From positions 1 through 10,383 of the forward strand of contig JBKGZT010000049.1 in assembly GCA_046543235.1 (NCBI GenBank): a stretch of DNA of 10,383 nucleotides, given 5' to 3'. This DNA comes from Candidatus Acetothermia bacterium (GTDB taxonomy: Bacteria; Bipolaricaulota; Bipolaricaulia; M55B111). Every line of letters begins with the position of its first letter. The stretch's first letter is position 1. The position numbers and the translations under genes were made by a program. This document shows positions 1 through 6,304 of this stretch, in pieces. Under the pieces are notes generated by a model that was not told the DNA's origin, made no database searches, and was given only the letters and a program-made list of their open reading frames with translations.

Positions 1-67
1 TTTAAAATTATTTACTTTTTTGGAAGGAAAAATGGAAAAACAGAACACAAAACATAGTGTAGCGCCT

Positions 68-165
68 TGTGTGTAAAAAACAGCTTTGGAGAAGGTCAGC
101 ATATGTTTGACTGAGCGTTAGCGAAGGAGTTTGAGAAACCGAGCCGAAGCTTTCTCAGCTGGTCA
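68..165. repeat. Palindromic intergenic (REP/MITE-like) element, copy 1
   Basis: Core 108-145 TGACTGAGCGTTAGCGAAGGAGTTTGAGAAACCGAGCC matches the reverse complement of 5015-5052 at 35/38 nt. It is closed by the inverted repeat AGCTTTGG (82-89)/CCGAAGCT (144-151). Outer boundaries are approximate. Confidence 0.8.
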
Positions 166-582
166 TTCCGGCTCGATTATCTCGTACTCGTAGGAGACCT
201 CCGCGGGGTTCTTCAAGGAGTGAGTTGCCGGACAGTACCTTTCCTGTGTCAGCCGAACTGCCTTTGCCACCTTGTCCTCCGGCAGGTCTTCCCCGTAGAT
301 CTTGTAGGTCAGGTCAATTTGGGTGAACACTTTGGGGTGATCTTCCTGTCTCTCGGCCGATATGTCGAGTTTTAGGTCGTCGTAGTCCACCCGCATCTTT
401 TTGAGCAGCGTGTTTACGTCCATCCCGGTGCAGCCGCCTAGGCCGACCAGCAAAAGTTCCATCGGCCTTGCGCCCGCCTCCGAGCCGTCGTGCTCCTCTT
501 CTGTGTCCATGACCAGCCAGTGGTTTGAATCGCCCTTGCCGACGAAGGTCGAACCTTCGACCTGTTTGACTTCTACTTCCAT
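163..582 (-). CDS. OsmC/Ohr family protein (YhfA-like)
   Basis: 139 aa with the motif G..PMELLLVGLGGCTGMDV and a second Cys in RYCP. SD GAGGAGG lies upstream of the ATG. Confidence 0.9.
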   Translation of the reverse strand: MEVEVKQVEGSTFVGKGDSNHWLVMDTEEEHDGSEAGARPMELLLVGLGGCTGMDVNTLLKKMRVDYDDLKLDISAERQEDHPKVFTQIDLTYKIYGEDLPEDKVAKAVRLTQERYCPATHSLKNPAEVSYEYEIIEPE

Positions 583-625
583 TGGCTACCTCCTCGTAGT
601 TGTAACGTGTTAAAGCTTTCGGGAG

Positions 626-1117
626 CTATTCTCTTTTGCTTTCCTTTTTGCCCAGCAAGGCAATTGCCTGTGCTCCGATTCCCTTCTCTTCGCCGATGAA
701 TCCCATGCTCTCCGTGGTAGTGGCTTTTAAATTGACTGGTGCGCCCAGGACCCTTTCGACGTTTTCCTCGATTTCCTTTCTACGCGAATTTACCCCGGGC
801 GATTGCAGGATCAAGGTGGTGTCCACGTTGATCGGCCTGAAGCCCTCCGAAGCGGCCATCTCCGTAACTTCTTCGAGCAGCTTGAGGCTGGAAACGTCCT
901 TGTAGGCGGGATCGTCGTCCGGAAATACCTCTCCGATATCCCCGAGACCGACGGCACCAAGCACCGCGTCGCAGACCGCGTGGACGAGGACGTCCCCGTC
1001 CGAGTGGGCTACGGTACCCTTCGGGTAGTCGAACTCGGCACCTCCGAGAACGAGGCTTTCACCCGGGCTCAAGCGGTGAAAATCGAGACCAATTCCGGTT
1101 CTCATTTCATCAGTCAT
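626..1117 (-). CDS. ispF: 2-C-methyl-D-erythritol 2,4-cyclodiphosphate synthase
   Basis: Contains MRTGIGLDFH (DxH zinc ligands), HSDGDVLVHAVCDAVLGAVGLGDIG and NLKATTTE. The start may instead be the internal ATG at 1105. Confidence 0.96.
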   Translation of the reverse strand: MTDEMRTGIGLDFHRLSPGESLVLGGAEFDYPKGTVAHSDGDVLVHAVCDAVLGAVGLGDIGEVFPDDDPAYKDVSSLKLLEEVTEMAASEGFRPINVDTTLILQSPGVNSRRKEIEENVERVLGAPVNLKATTTESMGFIGEEKGIGAQAIALLGKKESKRE

Positions 1118-1616
1118 CGTTGAACAGTATCTCCTTTAGGACGCTTCCCGCGGTCCCTTTTGGAAAACCGCGCCGCTCGAGAAAGCCGAGGGTCTTCCTA
1201 TACCTGGCTTTGACGTCGTCGCCCTCGTATTTTTTTAGCCTCTTTTGGGCCAGCTTCCTGCAACGCTCTTCCTCGTCCTCCGGAGTGACCTTCTCGTCAA
1301 GCACCTCTTTCGCCAGTTCTCCATCCACTCCGTGTTCGAGCAGGTCTCTGTAGAGACCGGACCGCCCCTTCGGCTTGTTTTCCAGTCTGTCCTCGACGAA
1401 GTACTCCGTGAAGAGCCTGTCGTCGATCAGATTCGCTTCCGTTGCCCACTCTATCGTCTCGTCGATTATTTCCGGGGGATAATCCTTCTTCGCGAGCCGC
1501 TCCCTGACCTCTTCTTCAGTCCTCGGCCTGTACTTCAAAAGCTGGCGAAGGTAAGTCCGGGCGGATTCTAGCTCCTCTTCGGTTTCTTCGATTCCCTCGT
1601 CTTCCTCGTTACTCAC
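1110..1616 (-). CDS. recX: Regulatory protein RecX
   Basis: Directly follows and overlaps recA. Motifs [27 protein letters not shown] and FLERRGF fit the RecX three-helix repeats. Confidence 0.93.
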   Translation of the reverse strand: MSNEEDEGIEETEEELESARTYLRQLLKYRPRTEEEVRERLAKKDYPPEIIDETIEWATEANLIDDRLFTEYFVEDRLENKPKGRSGLYRDLLEHGVDGELAKEVLDEKVTPEDEEERCRKLAQKRLKKYEGDDVKARYRKTLGFLERRGFPKGTAGSVLKEILFNDD

Positions 1617-2649
1617 CTGACTCCTCGGATGATTCCTCCTCGTCGTTCTCCGTCGACTGTCTTTCCTTAAGTCCGGCCTCTTCCAGTATTTTTTCCTCTA
1701 TTTCCTCCGCGACCTCTGGATGCTCTTCCAGGTATTCCTGGCTGTTATCCACGCCCTGGCCGAGCCTGGTATCGCCGTATGAGTACCAGGATCCGTTGCG
1801 CGTAACCACGTCGTATTCCTCTCCCAGGTCCAGCAGCTCCCTCTCACGGGAGATACCGGTACCGTAAATGATGTCGAAGTTCGCTTCCTGAAAAGGGGGC
1901 GCCACTTTGTTCTTGACGACCCTGACAGTGACGGCATTCCCTATCTTCTCGCCGTCCTTCTCAAGTGTCTTGGTGATGTAGATGTTGAGACGGACCGAAC
2001 TGTAGAACTTGAGCGCTCGACCGCCGGAGGTCGTGGTGGACGGTCCCCAGGGGGAGTTGTTTATCTTGGAGCGAATCTGATTGGTGAAGACGACGGTCGT
2101 TTTGGACTGGGAAATCGCCCCGGCCAGCTTCCGCATTGCCTGCGACATCAGCCTGGCCTGCAGGCCGACCTGAGAGTCGCCCATTTCTCCTTCCAGCTCG
2201 GCCTGAGGAACGAGAGCTGCCACGGAATCGATCACTACCATGTCCAGCGCCCCGCTTCGCACCAGCTGCTCGGTAATTTCCAGCGCCTCCTCTCCGGAAT
2301 TGGGCTGGCTCAGTAGCAACCGGTCCAGGTCGACGCCGATCGAGCTCGAGTATTTCGGGTCCAGGGCGTGCTCTGCGTCCACGAAAGCGGCGGATCCGCC
2401 GGCCTCATGAACTTCAGCCAGCATGTGCAGGGCCAGGGTCGTCTTTCCGCTCGATTCCTTGCCGAATATCTCTACTATCCTACCCCGGGGTACCCCGCCC
2501 CCACCGAGCGCTATGTCCAGCGAGAGCGAACCGCTCGACGTTGTCTCGACTTCGAGCGCCTCCTGGTCGCCCATCCACATGATCGAGCCTTCTCCGTGTT
2601 CGTCCTTGATCTTGTCCAGCGTGCTATCCAGTACTTCTTCCTTGCCCAT
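1609..2649 (-). CDS. recA: Recombinase RecA
   Basis: Contains the MAW motif, Walker [36 protein letters not shown] and [10 protein letters not shown], plus an acidic C-terminal tail. SD AAGGTG is upstream. Confidence 0.99.
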   Translation of the reverse strand: MGKEEVLDSTLDKIKDEHGEGSIMWMGDQEALEVETTSSGSLSLDIALGGGGVPRGRIVEIFGKESSGKTTLALHMLAEVHEAGGSAAFVDAEHALDPKYSSSIGVDLDRLLLSQPNSGEEALEITEQLVRSGALDMVVIDSVAALVPQAELEGEMGDSQVGLQARLMSQAMRKLAGAISQSKTTVVFTNQIRSKINNSPWGPSTTTSGGRALKFYSSVRLNIYITKTLEKDGEKIGNAVTVRVVKNKVAPPFQEANFDIIYGTGISRERELLDLGEEYDVVTRNGSWYSYGDTRLGQGVDNSQEYLEEHPEVAEEIEEKILEEAGLKERQSTENDEEESSEESGE

Positions 2650-2718
2650 AAAATCACCTTTAATTTAGTCGTTTAATTTTCGAACGCTCGCTGTAAGAAA
2701 GTCCGCGTGCCCGACTTC

Positions 2719-3162
2719 CTAGCGCCACTGCTTCTCCGTCAGTTCGTAATCGAGTATCTCATCTTCGTCGAAGAAGAGGTCTATTTCCCTCTTGGCCGAT
2801 TCGGGCGAGTCGGAGCCGTGAATCAGGTTCTTGGTCAGGTCGAGCCCGTAATCGCCGCGGATAGTTCCCGGGTCTGCTTCGAACGGGTTGGTTGCACCCA
2901 TCATGGCCCTGATTACGCTGATTGCTTGCTCCCCTTCCACTACCATCGCGACTACAGGGCTCGAAGTGATGAACTCGAAGAGGTCCGAGAAAAAGTCCTT
3001 ATCAACGTGCTCCTTGTAGTGCTCTCTGGCCAGCTCGTCTCCGACCTCCATTAACTTCATTCCGGCTATTTTCAAACCCTTGTCTTCCAGCCTTCCGATT
3101 AATTCACCGATCAAGCCCCGCTGAAGGGTATCCGGTTTTAATAGTACAAGACTTCTTTCCAT
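2719..3162 (-). CDS. ndk: Nucleoside-diphosphate kinase
   Basis: Contains MERSLVLLKPD, PGTIRGD and the catalytic NLIHGSDS. SD AGGAGG is upstream. Confidence 0.98.
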   Translation of the reverse strand: MERSLVLLKPDTLQRGLIGELIGRLEDKGLKIAGMKLMEVGDELAREHYKEHVDKDFFSDLFEFITSSPVVAMVVEGEQAISVIRAMMGATNPFEADPGTIRGDYGLDLTKNLIHGSDSPESAKREIDLFFDEDEILDYELTEKQWR

Positions 3163-3211
3163 TAATTTGATAACCTCCTGAAATTGGATTTACCGTTGAC
3201 GGGTAGGTGGG

Positions 3212-4312
3212 TCACTGCGCTTTGACCCATTGATTTCCTTCCAGTCGTTCCACCAGGTCGTCCATCTCCAGCTGGAACATTATATGGGATATCCGAGCCG
3301 GGGAAAAGTCGGTCTTGGCGACCACGTCGTTGAAATGGATCGGCTCGTAATCCAGCAAGGAGAATACCTCCTTCTTGGCTCCCGTCAGGTCTTCTCCGGG
3401 TTCTTTTTCCTCGTTCTGATCGAACGGAAGCGCTGCCTGGAGGTCCTTGAACTCCTCCACGACGTCGGAGACGTCCTCGACCAGCTTGGCCCCGTCCTTT
3501 ATCAAACCGTGGTTGCCCCTCATCGTTGACTTTCTGATGTCGCCGGGCACTGCAAACACCTCACGGCCCTGTGTTAGGGCATCGTGGGCGGTTATCAGCG
3601 CGCCGCTGGACTCCGGAGCCTCCACGACCAGAGTTCCCCTTGTCAGACCGCTAATTATCCGGTTTCTCTGGGGAAAGGTCCACTTTGCTGGTCTCTGGTA
3701 GGAGGGGAACTCGGTTATTACTGCGCCGTTCCGGGAGATCTCCCGCATCAGGTTAGCGTTGCTTTTGGGATAGGTATGGTCGAAACCCGTCCCCATTACT
3801 GCGATAGTCCTGCCGCCGGATCCCAGGGCCGCTTTGTGACTGTAGGTGTCGATACCCCGGGCCATCCCGCTGACCAGGGTAAACCCCTCGCGGGCGAGCT
3901 GAGCCGCCAGGTCCTTGGCGACCTTTTTACCGTAGTTGGTGTTCTTCCTCGTTCCCACCATGGCGATCCCCAGTTGGTCTTCTTCCTGGTAATCGCCCTT
4001 TACGTAAAGGACCGGAGGGGGCTTGTCGATCGTCCGCAGGGAATCCGGATAGCGGGTGTCATCCAGGGTAAGTACTTCCAGGTTTCGCTCTCGACACTTT
4101 TCCAGCTCTTCCTTCAGGTCTTCCTCGTCCCGCTGATTGCAGAACTTTTCGGCAGCGCCGCCGAAACCCTCTACCGATTCCAGCTCCTCCCTGGATGCAT
4201 TCCAGATCTTCTCCACGGAAGAGAAATGGTTCAACAGCAGGTGGAACCGCTGGGGAGTGATCGCGGAGTTCATGTTTATCCCCAGCCAGTACTTTTTTTC
4301 ACCTCGACACAT
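3212..4312 (-). CDS. dprA: DNA-processing protein DprA (Smf)
   Basis: Contains YPDSLRTIDKPPPVLY, MVGTRK, VSGMARGID, FPQRNRIISGL, VVEA..SGALITA and a C-terminal winged-helix-like domain. I moved the start from GTG 4321 to ATG 4312 because AAGGTG then serves as the SD. Confidence 0.97.
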   Translation of the reverse strand: MCRGEKKYWLGINMNSAITPQRFHLLLNHFSSVEKIWNASREELESVEGFGGAAEKFCNQRDEEDLKEELEKCRERNLEVLTLDDTRYPDSLRTIDKPPPVLYVKGDYQEEDQLGIAMVGTRKNTNYGKKVAKDLAAQLAREGFTLVSGMARGIDTYSHKAALGSGGRTIAVMGTGFDHTYPKSNANLMREISRNGAVITEFPSYQRPAKWTFPQRNRIISGLTRGTLVVEAPESSGALITAHDALTQGREVFAVPGDIRKSTMRGNHGLIKDGAKLVEDVSDVVEEFKDLQAALPFDQNEEKEPGEDLTGAKKEVFSLLDYEPIHFNDVVAKTDFSPARISHIMFQLEMDDLVERLEGNQWVKAQ

Positions 4313-4347
4313 CTTTTTCACCTTTACTTCTTCGTCTTTATATTTTT

Positions 4348-4376
4348 AAGATATTAAATGTGTCGAAGTTATGCAA
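4348..4376 (-). promoter_or_regulatory. Putative sigma70-type promoter of the dprA cluster
   Basis: The minus strand reads TTGCAT (4376-4371), 17 nt, TATCTT (4353-4348) in an AT-rich intergenic stretch. Confidence 0.45.
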
Positions 4377-4390
4377 ATTAGATCTGTGGA

Positions 4391-4906
4391 TCAGAAATAA
4401 TAGTGAAAACCCGACCCGAAAGTCATGCCGAACTGTTCGATGCTCTGGGCCTGCATCCCGAACTCGAGGTTGAGGACGAAGGCCTCCGAAAAGACATCGA
4501 CGCTTATGCCTCCTGTTCCGACGACGGAGAACTCCCCGGAGTCAGAAAAAAAGCCGAAATTATAGGCTCCTCCGCCGGCCAGGTAGAAGTCGACCCTGCT
4601 GTCTTCCGTCAGCCTGTAAAGGGACCTGACCGAGGTCGTGCCGCTCAGGCCGATATGTTGGTTGGACCAGAGGATTGCGTTTCCTTCCAGCCCGAATCGC
4701 GGGTTCAACCAGATCCTGGAACTCAGGCCACCCGAAGGCGAGATAAACTGAGCTCCAAACCCGTACCTCGGGTACCCTCCCGTCCCTTCTGCTTCTTCCG
4801 TGTTCATCTCCTGTCCTGTTGCCGCCGAAGAAGGGGGAAGGGTCAGGAGCAGTAAACCAAGAATCAGGATAAATCCCGGTATTAAGTCTTTTCTCAAAGT
4901 GATCAC
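4391..4906 (-). CDS. Secreted hypothetical protein, probable small outer-membrane beta-barrel
   Basis: Has an N-terminal signal peptide (LIPGFILILGLLLLTLPPSSAA), alternating Gly/aromatic beta-strand segments, and a C-terminal beta-signal-like FGSGFHYYF ending in Phe. Confidence 0.75.
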   Translation of the reverse strand: MITLRKDLIPGFILILGLLLLTLPPSSAATGQEMNTEEAEGTGGYPRYGFGAQFISPSGGLSSRIWLNPRFGLEGNAILWSNQHIGLSGTTSVRSLYRLTEDSRVDFYLAGGGAYNFGFFSDSGEFSVVGTGGISVDVFSEAFVLNLEFGMQAQSIEQFGMTFGSGFHYYF

Positions 4907-4913
4907 CCGGGAT

Positions 4914-4942
4914 ATTCTAACTCAAAACGCCGCGGTTGTTAA
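4914..4942 (-). promoter_or_regulatory. Putative sigma70 promoter giving a leaderless transcript of the 4391-4906 gene
   Basis: TTAACA (4942-4937), 17 nt, TAGAAT (4919-4914), then 7 nt to the GTG start. No SD is present. Confidence 0.6.
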
Positions 4943-4993
4943 ATATTTTCAACTCAACTCTTTTATAATAGGGTTAATTCAGGCCACGACTAG

Positions 4994-5093
4994 TTTGACC
5001 GGTTAAAAAGCTCTGGCTCGGTTACTCAAACTCCTTCGCCTACGCTCAGTCAGAGGTACCCGGACCTTCCCAGAGTTTTCTTAACTGGTTAAA
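4994..5093. repeat. Palindromic intergenic (REP/MITE-like) element, copy 2, inverted relative to copy 1
   Basis: Terminal arms TTTGACCGGTTAA-AAAGCTCTGG (4994-5016) and CCAGAGTTTT-C-TTAACTGGTTAAA (5070-5093) pair over ~23 bp with G-T pairs. Core 5015-5052 is 35/38 identical to 108-145. Confidence 0.82.
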
Positions 5094-5183
5094 GCGGTCA
5101 TAGTTTGGGTTAACGATGGTGAAAAATTGAGCAAAAGTTAGCCCACCTGGGTTTGGAGCTCCGGCTTTAATTCCGTTTTAACC

Positions 5184-5215
5184 TTGACAATATAGTACCT
5201 TTCTGATACTATAAT
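5184..5215 (+). promoter_or_regulatory. Strong sigma70-type promoter with an overlapping operator-like inverted repeat
   Basis: Perfect TTGACA (5184-5189), 17 nt, TACTAT (5207-5212), with an extended -10 TG at 5204-5205. The inverted repeat CAATATAGTA (5188-5197)/TACTATAATG (5207-5216) matches at 9/10. Confidence 0.7.
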
Positions 5216-5219
5216 GAAA

Positions 5220-5367
5220 AATGTTTAGTGAAGTGGTAGAGATGGTCAGGTTTGCGGATATGAAGAAAGGGAAATCGAGCCGGGAAGCAGCCAGGGTTAG
5301 TATTGCATAGCGGACGACAGTAAGTTCAATATGGGCTTTACGCACATCGGATCCTTCACTAGACGTT
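5220..5367 (+). ncRNA. Candidate structured ncRNA of unassigned family
   Basis: Begins at the predicted TSS. Its 5' end (5220-5233) pairs with its 3' end (5354-5367) over 14 bp with 2 G-U pairs, and further nested pairings give a rod. There is no long ORF on this strand. Confidence 0.35.
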
Positions 5368-5493
5368 ATCTGCCTTGACCGGGGCAGAAAAACCCCTGAA
5401 GGACGAATTAGCAAGAAGGATCGAGGGGTTAATTCGTGATCGGCGAGTTTTGAGATTTTTACTTGGCAGCATCATATATTCTTATTCTAAGGT

Positions 5494-5566
5494 AATGCTC
5501 ACACCCCCTCGGCGGAGCATTCGGGCAAGTTCGACCTCCCCTCCGGTCGAACTTGCCTAATTTTTC
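5494..5566 (+). ncRNA. Candidate two-hairpin sRNA with C-rich loops, ending in a terminator-like hairpin
   Basis: Hairpin 1 is AATGCTC/GAGCATT (5494-5521) with loop ACACCCCCTCGGCG. Hairpin 2 is a perfect 13-bp stem (5524-5536/5545-5557) with loop TCCCCTCC, followed by TAATTTTT. A possible -10 TATTCT sits at 5483-5488. Confidence 0.4.
5523..5565 (+). terminator. Rho-independent terminator-like hairpin
   Basis: GGCAAGTTCGACC, 8-nt loop, GGTCGAACTTGCC, followed by a T-tract. Confidence 0.6.
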
Positions 5567-5674
5567 CCTATTTTCTTCTCGTATCTATCGGCCAGGGGCT
5601 TAGCCCATTTTTTCTGGAGGGGGTCGTATAACCTAAACCCAAATTAATTACTCACATGAGGTGTGTGTAAAACC

Positions 5675-6053
5675 ATGAGAAGTAGAGGTTCGTCGTAATT
5701 TCCACGATCCTGATTCTGAGCCTGGTTCTTTCTTTTGGTGGAGTAAGTTTCGGGGAAGAAGAACCGACGTATAGGTTCGCGACCGAAGCGGCATGGGCAC
5801 CCTGGGATTACTACAACGATGAAGAGGAACTCGGTCGGTATAGATATCGATATCATCAGGGAAATCGCCGAGGTTGAAGGTTTCAACGTCGAGTTCGTTA
5901 CTTCCTCCTGGGATTCTCTCATCCCGATGGTCAACATGGGCAAGGCCGATATGACCGGGGGGAATGTCGATTACCGAGAAGCGGGAGGAGATGGTCGATT
6001 TTACCGAACCGTACTGGTTCACAGAGATGGCCGTCCTCGTCCGGGAAGATAGT
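5675..6053 (+). pseudogene. Polar amino-acid ABC transporter substrate-binding protein (SBP family 3), frameshifted and truncated
   Basis: SD GAGGTG and ATG 5675. Joining frames across shifts near 5686, at 5833 and at the G6 run 5957-5962 gives signal peptide FVVISTILILSLVLSFGGVSFG, then YRFATEAAWAPWDYYNDEEEL|VGIDIDIIREIAEVEGFNVEFVTSSWDSLIPMVNMGKADMT|GMSITEKREEMVDFTEPYWFTEMAVLVRED, a GlnH/ArtJ-like N-terminal half. Confidence 0.9.
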
Positions 6054-6192
6054 CGCGGGTCGGTATTTTCGGTTTGCCGATACCTTCGTGGTCGTCGGCG
6101 TGATTTACCTCGTTCTCGTCTACGTCTTTTCGACGTTAATTGACAGGATGGAGCGGAGCCTCCGGATTCCCGGCTTCGAGATGCGGGACTAG
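6043..6192 (+). pseudogene. C-terminal fragment of an amino-acid ABC transporter permease (HisM/GlnP family)
   Basis: Reads GKIVAGRYFRFADTFVVVGVIYLVLVYVFSTLIDRMERSLRIPGFEMRD*. This matches the last TM helix (IYL...ER.L) of polar amino-acid permeases and has no start codon. Confidence 0.8.
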
Positions 6193-6264
6193 GTCCTTTG
6201 CATTACGGAAGCTTGTAGGTTCGGCCTTTTGGTCCTCCCAGTACTCCGCTGGGAAGGAATAAGA

Positions 6265-6293
6265 TTGGAAAAACCGTCCTTCTCGGGTAAGAT
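6265..6293 (+). promoter_or_regulatory. Putative promoter of the ThiF/MoeB gene (very short leader)
   Basis: TTGGAA (6265-6270), 17 nt, TAAGAT (6288-6293). The ATG is 11 nt downstream and there is no SD. Confidence 0.45.
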
Positions 6294-6304
6294 CAAAACA
6301 AGCT

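Noticed and set aside
32..76. 14-codon ORF MEKQNTKHSVAPCV after GGAAGG
   Set aside because: It is too short, has a weak SD and no recognisable features, and runs into the repeat element.
2481..2492. Perfect palindrome TACCCCGGGGTA
   Set aside because: It lies in the conserved recA coding motif (VPRGR) and is explained by codon choice.
2650..2718. Possible LexA/SOS box upstream of recA (CGAACGCTCG)
   Set aside because: It fits neither GAAC-N4-GTTC nor CTGT-N8-ACAG.
401..4855. Plus-strand ORFs opposite osmC, ispF, recX, recA, ndk, dprA and the barrel gene (e.g. 3584-4357, 257 aa)
   Set aside because: These are antisense shadows of well-supported genes, with no motifs or RBS.
5228..5360. Lysine riboswitch or T-box upstream of the amino-acid ABC remnant
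   Set aside because: Only fragments match (GGTAGAG, GAAAGGG). The AGAGGUGC, GCCGAA, CUGUC/GGAGCGCU and T-box UGGNACC elements are missing.
5221..5560. Decayed HTH regulator or transposase (GKSSREAARVSIA*RTTV; KPLKDELARRIE)
   Set aside because: The resemblance is superficial: the HTH turn residues are out of register and the fragments lie in different frames. BLASTX would be needed to revive the idea.
5662..5672. TGTGTGTAAAA identical to 68-78
   Set aside because: It overlaps the pseudogene RBS and lacks the rest of the element. The sequence is low-complexity and the match is likely chance.
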